This document shows, in pieces, positions 36,203 through 42,623 of a DNA stretch of 42,623 nt. Source of the stretch: Pseudomonadota bacterium (lineage in GTDB: Bacteria > Pseudomonadota > Alphaproteobacteria > Azospirillales > Azospirillaceae); the NCBI GenBank assembly GCA_023416195.1, contig JAEZID010000196.1:1-42623 (forward strand). The letters run 5' to 3'. The position numbers were made by a program, and so were the translations under genes. Position 1 is the first letter of the stretch. Every line of letters starts with the position of its first letter. The notes below the pieces were generated by a model, which was given only the letters and a program-made list of their open reading frames with translations, ran no database searches and was not told where the DNA came from.

Positions 36203-37126
36203 ATGGCGTTGGTGCAGCTGGAGACCGTCGATCTCCGCCTACTCCGTATGTTTATGACCATTGTCGAGGCCGGCGGCTTCACTGCGGCTCAGGGCGAACT
36301 GAACCTGTCGCTCTCGACCATTTCGACCCATTTCGCCGATCTGGAGGGGCGACTCGGTGTGCGGCTGTGCCGGCGGGGGCGGTCCGGATTCCGGCTGACC
36401 GCCGAGGGGCAGGCCGTCTATGACGAGCTGCGCCGGGTCTTCGACACGCTGGACCGATTCGGGGCGCGGGTGCGGGGCCTGCGCGACCGGCTGACCGGGA
36501 CGCTGAGCATCGGGCTGGTGGACAACACGCTGACCGACCCGCAGGCCCCGCTGGAGCGGGTCTTCGCCCGGTTCACGGAGGCGGCGCCGGAGGTGTCATT
36601 GGTCATCAACGTCCGGCCGCCGAACGAACTGCTGCGCGACGTGATCGGCGGACAGCTGCAGCTGGCCATCGCCAGCTTTCCCCGGATCGTGCCGAGCCTC
36701 AGCTACCAGGACCTCTATCAGGAAACGAACCACTTCTACTGCGCCGAGGGGCACCCGCTATTCGCCCTGCCGGACGAGGCCATCAGTCTGGACGAGGTGC
36801 GGCGCTACCGGCTGGTGGCGCGCAGCTATTGGGGATCCCGCGACCTGAAGATCTTCGCCATCACCATGCCGCGCGCCACGGTCAGCGACATGGAGGGGGC
36901 AGCGCGGCTGATCCTGTCCGGATCCTACCTCGGCTATCTGCCGGACCACTACGCCGCCCCGTACGTGAAGGCGGGGCGGCTGCGGGTGCTGCTGCCGAGG
37001 GTGCTGTCCTATCAGGCCCCCTTCCAGGTCGCCCACGACCCGAACCGTGCCGAAAGCCCGGCGGTGGAGCTGTTCATCGGCATGGTCCGGGACGAGGTGA
37101 CGGCGCCGGAGTTCCGGAGGCCCTGA
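36203..37126 (+). CDS. LysR-family regulator (GbuR/GpuR-like), divergent from the ABC operon
   Basis: DLRLLRMF..IVEAGGFTAAQ.ELNLS.STIS and LCRRGRSGF. GGGAGG RBS. Confidence 0.9.
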   Translation: MALVQLETVDLRLLRMFMTIVEAGGFTAAQGELNLSLSTISTHFADLEGRLGVRLCRRGRSGFRLTAEGQAVYDELRRVFDTLDRFGARVRGLRDRLTGTLSIGLVDNTLTDPQAPLERVFARFTEAAPEVSLVINVRPPNELLRDVIGGQLQLAIASFPRIVPSLSYQDLYQETNHFYCAEGHPLFALPDEAISLDEVRRYRLVARSYWGSRDLKIFAITMPRATVSDMEGAARLILSGSYLGYLPDHYAAPYVKAGRLRVLLPRVLSYQAPFQVAHDPNRAESPAVELFIGMVRDEVTAPEFRRP

Positions 37127-37137
37127 TTTATGGAGCC

Positions 37138-38607
37138 TTATGGAGCCAGGAACACCGTCTTGGCGTCGAAGCGGGAGGCGGCGCCGGTCAGGGTAACGGT
37201 CAGCGGGGTCGAGGCGGCGGCCACCGCGCCGGCCGGAGCGCGGACGTGGATGCGGTAGGTCTGGACCGAGTCGGGCGCGGCGGTCAGCTCCAGCGCGCCT
37301 TGGGACGTCGCCTCCGCGCCAGGGGCGGCGACGGTGGCGCCCGCGATCCCGGACAGGGTCAGGCGGTAGCTTTGCGGCTGCCGGGTCATGTTCGAGATCT
37401 TGACCGTGTAGCTGTTCTGGATGGCCCCGTCGGACAGCGTCACGTAGAGCGGGGCGCGGTCGCGCAGGACGGCCACGTCCAGGGACGGCTTCAGCATCAG
37501 GCCGATGGCCATCAGGCCGGTCACCACCACCAGGATCAGCCCATAGACGATGGTGCGCGGGCGGATCAGGCGGTAGGGCGCCGGCACGCGGTTGGTGGCC
37601 TTGGCGGCCTGCGCGGCCTCGGTGTCGTAGCGGATCAGGTCGCCGGGGCGACCGATGCGGGTCATCACGTCGTTGCAGGCGTCGATGCACAGGCCGCAGC
37701 TGATGCAATCCATCTGGATGCCGTTGCGGATGTCGATGCCGGTCGGGCAGACATGGACGCAGGCCCTGCAGTCAATGCAGTCACCGAGACCGGCGGACTT
37801 GCGCTCCTCCCAGCTCTGGTCCTTGCGGATCGGGGCACGGCCCTCGCCACGCCAGTCCTGATAGGTGACGACGAGGCTTTCCTCGTCCAGCAGCGCGGCC
37901 TGGATGCGCGGCCAGGGGCAGACGTAGGTGCACATCTGTTCCCGCATGAAGCCGGCCATGGCGTAGGTGCTGCCGGTCATGAACAGGATCCAGCCGAGGA
38001 CGAGCAGGGACGGCTGGAACGCCACCAGATCGGCCAGGAAGCCCGGCGCGTCCACGAAATAGAGCAGCGCCGTCCCGCCGGTCGCGAGCGCGATCAGCAT
38101 CCAGACGCTGTGCTTGGCGGCTTTCTTCAGCAGCCACGCGGCGTTGCGCGGGCCGTTGTCGAGCCGGATGCGGGCGCCCCGGTCACCCTCGATCCATTCC
38201 TCGACCAGCACGAACAAATCGGTCCATACGGTTTGCGGACAGGTGTAGCCGCACCACACGCGCCCGGCGATGGCCGTCGCCAGGAACAGCCCGACCGCCG
38301 CCAGGATCATCGCCCCGGTCATGTAGTAGATCTGCTGGGGCCACAGTTCGATGGCGAACAGGTAAAAGCGCTGGCTTTCCAGATCGAGCAGCACGGCCTG
38401 GTCCGGCATGCCGGGGCTACGGTCCCAGCGGATCCAGGGAAGGACCACGTAGAAGGCCAGCAGCACCAGCGCCACCCACCACTTGATCCGCCGGAACCGG
38501 CCCCGGACCGCTTTCGGATAAACCTTTTCGTGAGAGGCGTAGAGCGGCGGCGGAGCGGGAGCGGTTTCCGGAGCGTCTCCGGCGGACTTGCGGGCGAGGT
38601 TTTGCAT
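37138..38607 (-). CDS. ccoG: CcoG/FixG 4Fe-4S membrane protein
   Basis: GRVWCGYTCPQT, REQMCTYVCPWPR, DCIDCRACVHVCP and CISCGLCIDAC. Confidence 0.95.
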   Translation of the reverse strand: MQNLARKSAGDAPETAPAPPPLYASHEKVYPKAVRGRFRRIKWWVALVLLAFYVVLPWIRWDRSPGMPDQAVLLDLESQRFYLFAIELWPQQIYYMTGAMILAAVGLFLATAIAGRVWCGYTCPQTVWTDLFVLVEEWIEGDRGARIRLDNGPRNAAWLLKKAAKHSVWMLIALATGGTALLYFVDAPGFLADLVAFQPSLLVLGWILFMTGSTYAMAGFMREQMCTYVCPWPRIQAALLDEESLVVTYQDWRGEGRAPIRKDQSWEERKSAGLGDCIDCRACVHVCPTGIDIRNGIQMDCISCGLCIDACNDVMTRIGRPGDLIRYDTEAAQAAKATNRVPAPYRLIRPRTIVYGLILVVVTGLMAIGLMLKPSLDVAVLRDRAPLYVTLSDGAIQNSYTVKISNMTRQPQSYRLTLSGIAGATVAAPGAEATSQGALELTAAPDSVQTYRIHVRAPAGAVAAASTPLTVTLTGAASRFDAKTVFLAP

Positions 38608-38644
38608 GGCGTGCCTTTGCGCGGTCGATCGCGTGAAGGCCGGC

Positions 38645-38691
38645 ATTGTATGCGGTCAATATGGCCGTCTCAAGGGATATTGAATGGATTG
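38645..38691 (-). promoter_or_regulatory. Sigma70-like promoter of ccoG with a candidate MocR operator
   Basis: Minus strand TTGAGA-N17-TACAAT (38673-38645). ATTGAATGGATTG at 38679-38691. Confidence 0.55.
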
Positions 38692-38751
38692 CTGCGGCGG
38701 ACGGTCGCGGGGGTATCGGGGGTATGATTGATGGGGTGGGCAACCCGCCGG

Positions 38752-40203
38752 TCAGATGATGACCCCGGCGGAGACTGGCAGCTGGTCCAAGGCCTCGGCC
38801 AGGATGGTCAGGACGCGGCGGGTCTCGGCGCGGTCGATGGGGGCGCCGAGGCAGATGCGCAGGGCCTCGGGAATCTCGGAGGTCGTCGCGAAGGTGTCGC
38901 TGACCACGGCGGCGATGCCGCGGGTGCGCAGGTGGGTGGCAAATTCGCCGCGCGTCCAGCTGTCGGGCAGACGGAGCCAGAGGTGGAAAGCCTCCCGCTT
39001 CGATTGGAAACTGCGCGGCGGAAGGATGGAATCGGCAAGCTGGCGGCGCGCCACGGCCTCGGCGCGAACGGCGTCGAGCACCGCATCGGCCGTTCCGTCG
39101 GCGATCCAGCGATGGGCGATGGCCGAGGTCAGCGGCGAAGCCATCAGCGAGGTCGCCCGCTGCGCCGCCGCCAGCTTCAGCGCTTGCCGGGCGTTTGGAG
39201 CCACCACGTAAGCGATGCGCAGCATGGGCGACACGCACTTGGCGAGGCCGGAGACGTGGAAGGTGATGTCCGGTGCGAGGGCCGCCAGGGGACGCGGCGG
39301 GTCCGTCGGCAGAGGGCCGTAGATGTCGTCCTCGATGATTGGCACACCATGCTCGCGCGCCGCCGCGACGACGGCGTTGCGGCGCTCCAGCGGCATCGTC
39401 GCGGTGGTCGGGTTGTGGAAGGTCGGCATGCAGTACAGCGCCTTGGGGCGATGCTGCGCCAGGACCGCGCGGAGCGCGTCGGGGTCGATGCCGTCCGCGT
39501 CCATGGGAACGCCGACGACGCGCAGGCCGAGCTGGGCGGCGACGGCCTTGAAGCCCGGATAGGTCAGCGCCTCCGCGCACACCGTATCGCCGGGCCGGGC
39601 AAGCGCGGTCAGCAGCGCCAGAAGGGCGCCCTGGGTGCCGGGACAGACGAGCAGGCGCTCGGCCGGCAGATCGGGCAGGCGGCGGCGCAGCCAGTGGGCG
39701 CCCGCCGCGCGATCAGCGTTGGGGGCGCCGTTGGGATCGCCGGCCTCGGGGTAGCGCAGGATGGCGGGAAGGCCGGTTCCGGACAGCACGGCGGCCATGC
39801 CCCGGTGCAGGCGGTCCAGCAGGCCCGGCGCGTCCGGCAGCGGCGGCTGGTTCATGGTCATGTCCACGAAGCCGGCCGGACCGGTGGGGATGGTACCGGT
39901 GGAGACGGAGCGTTCCGGTGCGCGGGGAGCCTGGGCGGAGGTGAGCGCGAGAGCGCGGACGAAGGTGCCCTGCCCCACCCGCGCGTCGATCAGGCCGCGA
40001 TGGCGCGCCTCCCCATAGGCGCGGCTGACCGTGGTGAAGTCGATGCCCATGCGTTCGGCCAGCAGGCGTTGCGGCGGCAGGCGCTGGCCGGGGACGAGGC
40101 GCCCGGCGCGGATGTCCTCGGCGATGGCATCCGCGATGGCGAGGTAGACGGGCCTGTCCCGCCCCTCGATCTCCGGAACCCAGAGGCTTTGATCCGGCTG
40201 CAT
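38752..40203 (-). CDS. MocR-family regulator (GntR HTH plus PLP aminotransferase domain)
   Basis: GQRLPPQR..TTVSRAY..GQGTFV, PTFHNPT, IIEDDIYG and SGLAK. Confidence 0.93.
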   Translation of the reverse strand: MQPDQSLWVPEIEGRDRPVYLAIADAIAEDIRAGRLVPGQRLPPQRLLAERMGIDFTTVSRAYGEARHRGLIDARVGQGTFVRALALTSAQAPRAPERSVSTGTIPTGPAGFVDMTMNQPPLPDAPGLLDRLHRGMAAVLSGTGLPAILRYPEAGDPNGAPNADRAAGAHWLRRRLPDLPAERLLVCPGTQGALLALLTALARPGDTVCAEALTYPGFKAVAAQLGLRVVGVPMDADGIDPDALRAVLAQHRPKALYCMPTFHNPTTATMPLERRNAVVAAAREHGVPIIEDDIYGPLPTDPPRPLAALAPDITFHVSGLAKCVSPMLRIAYVVAPNARQALKLAAAQRATSLMASPLTSAIAHRWIADGTADAVLDAVRAEAVARRQLADSILPPRSFQSKREAFHLWLRLPDSWTRGEFATHLRTRGIAAVVSDTFATTSEIPEALRICLGAPIDRAETRRVLTILAEALDQLPVSAGVII

Positions 40204-40233
40204 GGCTTTCCCCGGCGCGCTGGTGACGGTCCG

Positions 40234-40262
40234 ATCATTCCCGTGATTGTATGGATTGTCAA
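40234..40262 (-). promoter_or_regulatory. Sigma70-like promoter of the MocR gene overlapped by the same motif
   Basis: Minus strand TTGACA-N17-AATGAT. ATTGTATGGATTG at 40246-40258. Confidence 0.55.
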
Positions 40263-40343
40263 GAGCGCCGCCGTTTCCGCTCCGCGCCGCACACGGAAAA
40301 AATGCGGCACGCGGTGGAGATCGGCGCGCCGCCGCGCGGGCAG

Positions 40344-40406
40344 AAAAATGGCCGCCGGGTTTGCCCGGCGGCCTGAAGTCTAGGGAGGAAACGCCCTAAA
40401 GCGTAG
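40344..40406 (-). ncRNA. mmgR: MmgR / suhB (alpha-r8) family sRNA
   Basis: The minus strand reads GGGCGTTTCCTCCCTAGACTTCA, then terminator GGCCGCCGGG-CAAA-CCCGGCGGCC-ATTTTT. Upstream TTGATT-N16-CATAAT carries a PhaR-like TGCGCTGCGGCA. The 5' end is approximate. Confidence 0.8.
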
Positions 40407-40497
40407 ACCCCCATTATGCCGCAGCGCACAATATAATCAATATCGTAGGATTTCGTATTTTCGTTGAAATCCGCACATAATAGCGATACGAAGCTTC

Positions 40498-40581
40498 TTA
40501 GAGCCTGAGTCTAGGGAGAAGCCCGCAAAGGGCAGAAGGGGTATGACGGCGCTGAGAACAGCAGCCTCATACCCCTTTTTT
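40498..40581 (+). ncRNA. Predicted novel sRNA divergent from and complementary to MmgR
   Basis: Plus-strand terminator with a U6 tail and no plus-strand CDS upstream. Contains GCCTGAGTCTAGGGAGAAGCCC. Possible promoter TTGAAA-N17-TACGAA. Confidence 0.45.
40536..40581 (+). terminator. Rho-independent terminator, plus-strand orientation
   Basis: AAGGGGTATGA pairs with TCATACCCCTT and is followed by a T-run to 40581. Confidence 0.7.
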
Positions 40582-40625
40582 AATGGCTGCGCTTCAGGTC
40601 GGCGTCGGGTGGATTGCGGAGCCGG

Positions 40626-41696
40626 TCAGGACGAGGCCGGCCGCGTGCTGTCGCGGACCACCAGTTCACACTCAAGGTTGCGCTGCATCGCCAGCGCCTT
40701 GTCGTCGCCGAGGCGCGCGAGGATCAGACCGGCGGCCAGTTCGCCGATTTCCCGCTGGGGCGGGCGCACGGTGGTCAGGGGCGGGATGCAGGAGGCGCTG
40801 AAGGTCAGGTCGCCGAATCCGACCACGGCGAGATCGTCGGGAACGCGCAGCCCCTTCCGGTTCGCCTCGAACAGCACGCCAAGCGCCAGCGCGTCGTTTG
40901 AGCAGACCACGCCGTCGATGTCCGGGTGGGTGGTCAGCACCTCGTCGATCAGCCAGATTCCGACCGGGGTGGAGGCGGTGTCGGGGGCGGTGAAGGCGAT
41001 GGGCTCGTGCAGGCCGCGCCGCCTCACCTCGTCCTCATAGCCGTCGGTGCGGCTGCGCACGCGCATGTCCTGATGCACGGCGGCGCCGATGTAGGCGACC
41101 TTGCGGCTGCCCTGGTCGTAGAGGTGGCTGGTCTGGCGCCGGCCGACCTCGAAATGGGAGAAGCCGACGCTCATGTCCACCGCCGGGCTCTGGGCCGAGG
41201 GAATGTCCCAGGTCTCCACCACCGGAACCCCGCAGGAGCCGAGCATGGCGCGCGTCCGGTCGGTGTGGTGCAGGCCGGTCACCACCATCGCCGCCGGGGA
41301 CCAGGCGAGCATGGCGCGGATCAGCTCCTCCTCCCGCTCGGGGTCGAACTCGCTGACGCCCAGCAGGGTTTGATAGTGCGCCGCCTGGAACGCCTGTTGC
41401 AGCGTGTTGTAGGTCTCGGCGTAGAAGGAGTTGGTGATCGACGGCAAGATGACGCCCACCGTCCGGCTCTTGGCCGCGGCGAGGCTGCCGGCGACGAGGT
41501 TCGGAACATAGCCCAACTCGTCGATCACCGTGCGGACGCGGGCGGCCAGCTCCGCCGACACGGCTTCCGGACGGCGCAGGTAAAGCGAAACGGTGCTGGG
41601 CGACACGCCGGCGGCGCTGGCCACGTCCGTCATGGTCAAACGCTGGGTGGCGCGGCGCGACCGCTTGCGGGGCGTTCTCGACGGGAGCAAGGCCAT
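40626..41696 (-). CDS. LacI-family regulator (gluconate GntR-like)
   Basis: TMTDVASAAGVSPSTVS, ELGYVPN, CSNDALALG and PPLTTV. AAGGAAGG RBS. Confidence 0.92.
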   Translation of the reverse strand: MALLPSRTPRKRSRRATQRLTMTDVASAAGVSPSTVSLYLRRPEAVSAELAARVRTVIDELGYVPNLVAGSLAAAKSRTVGVILPSITNSFYAETYNTLQQAFQAAHYQTLLGVSEFDPEREEELIRAMLAWSPAAMVVTGLHHTDRTRAMLGSCGVPVVETWDIPSAQSPAVDMSVGFSHFEVGRRQTSHLYDQGSRKVAYIGAAVHQDMRVRSRTDGYEDEVRRRGLHEPIAFTAPDTASTPVGIWLIDEVLTTHPDIDGVVCSNDALALGVLFEANRKGLRVPDDLAVVGFGDLTFSASCIPPLTTVRPPQREIGELAAGLILARLGDDKALAMQRNLECELVVRDSTRPASS

Positions 41697-41832
41697 TTTC
41701 TTCCTTCCTTGACGACACGCCATCATAGCATGGCGATGGCGGCCGCAACCGCCAACTTGCAAGGCCCGCCTTGCAATGGAGGGAGATGCACCCGCATTAT
41801 CGGCCCCGCAACGCCTTGCCCCCAGGATCCGC

Positions 41833-42623
41833 ATGAAGCCCAACAGCCGCCAGAATTCCGCCGCCGGCGTGCAGGAGCTGTTGGCCCGCGCCGTCACGCA
41901 TCACCAGAACGGTCAGCTGGCCGAGGCCAAGCCGCTGTACGAGCAGGTTTTGCGCCGCCTGCCGCAGCAGACCGACGCACTGCATCTGCTGGGCCTGCTG
42001 AAGGGGCAGACGGGGGACATCGCAGCGGGAATCGAGCTGATCCGGCGCGCCGTGAAGAACGACGGGCGGCAGCCGGCCTTCCGCCTGAACCTTGGCCGGC
42101 TGCTGGAAGCCACCGGGCAATGGGCGGAGGCCGCCGACGCCTATGGGCACGCGGCACGGCTGGCCCCGCTGGAAGCCGAGCATCACCAGATGGAGGCCAA
42201 CGCCCGCGCCCGCGCCGGCCAGACGGAGGGGGCGGCGAAGGCTCTGACGCGGATTCTGCTGCTGGTGCCGGACCAGGGGGAGATCGCGTCGGTGCTGGGC
42301 GACGCGCTGTACGACCTGGGCCGGCTGCTGCCGGCGGCGGCGTGGTACGGGCGCGCGGTGACCCTGCGGCCGGATCTGTCGGTCGCCGCCTTCAACCGGG
42401 GGGCGGCTCTGCGCGACGCCGGGCGGCCGGTCGAGGCTCTGGCGGCGTTCCGGGCGGCGGCGCAGGCGGATCCGCTGCTGGTCCAGGCGCATGGGGAGGC
42501 GGTCGGGCTGTGCCACGCGCTGGGCGACGCGGAGGGCGCGGCGAAGGCCGGGCGCGCGCTGCTGGCTCTGACGCCCGACCATGCGGAGGCGATCAAGATC
42601 GTCGGCTCGGCGCTGGCGCGGGC
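41833..42623 (+). CDS. TPR-repeat protein (partial, runs off the window end)
   Basis: Manual translation MKPNSRQNSAAGVQELLARAVTHHQNGQLAEAKPLYEQVL..DALHLLG shows tandem TPRs. It is absent from the ORF track, presumably because no stop lies inside the window. Confidence 0.85.
   Translation, partial: MKPNSRQNSAAGVQELLARAVTHHQNGQLAEAKPLYEQVLRRLPQQTDALHLLGLLKGQTGDIAAGIELIRRAVKNDGRQPAFRLNLGRLLEATGQWAEAADAYGHAARLAPLEAEHHQMEANARARAGQTEGAAKALTRILLLVPDQGEIASVLGDALYDLGRLLPAAAWYGRAVTLRPDLSVAAFNRGAALRDAGRPVEALAAFRAAAQADPLLVQAHGEAVGLCHALGDAEGAAKAGRALLALTPDHAEAIKIVGSALAR

Noticed and set aside
38608..38646. Longer ccoG start at 38646
   Set aside because: It overlaps the predicted -10 element and has no RBS. 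ATG 38607 has AAAGG upstream.
40543..41040. 165-aa plus-strand ORF after the AGGGAG motif
   Set aside because: It starts inside a terminator stem, is mostly antisense to the LacI gene, and has no protein-like features.

Overview
GC-rich alphaproteobacterial window, probably Azospirillum/Rhodospirillales (inferred from GC content, gene content and an MmgR-type sRNA). It holds about 43 CDS and no visible IS element, tRNA, rRNA or CRISPR array. Recognisable blocks are a CyaC-like haem/ferredoxin adenylate cyclase, arr, glf, a shortened RNase J, an aldehyde dehydrogenase, a PrtD/E-type type I secretion system (T1SS), urate/allantoate catabolism (puuD, uraH, uraD, allantoate amidohydrolase), a LysR-ABC-ureohydrolase-amidase module, an orphan ccoG beside a MocR regulator, and an MmgR/suhB sRNA. 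Three candidates stand out as undescribed systems. (1) A RiPP-precursor-like protein at 26..841 has a helical leader resembling a borosin-binding domain or Nif11 and 13 IF[AV][GA][QH]P repeats. (2) A T1SS lies beside a divergent pair of paralogous Cu-SOD-fold-like proteins. One keeps the His ligands, the other has lost them and carries long Gly/Thr insertions, and both end in ADDF(S/A)AG. (3) A predicted divergent sRNA beside MmgR is complementary to the MmgR seed and may be a sponge. All family calls come from reading motifs by eye; no searches were run.
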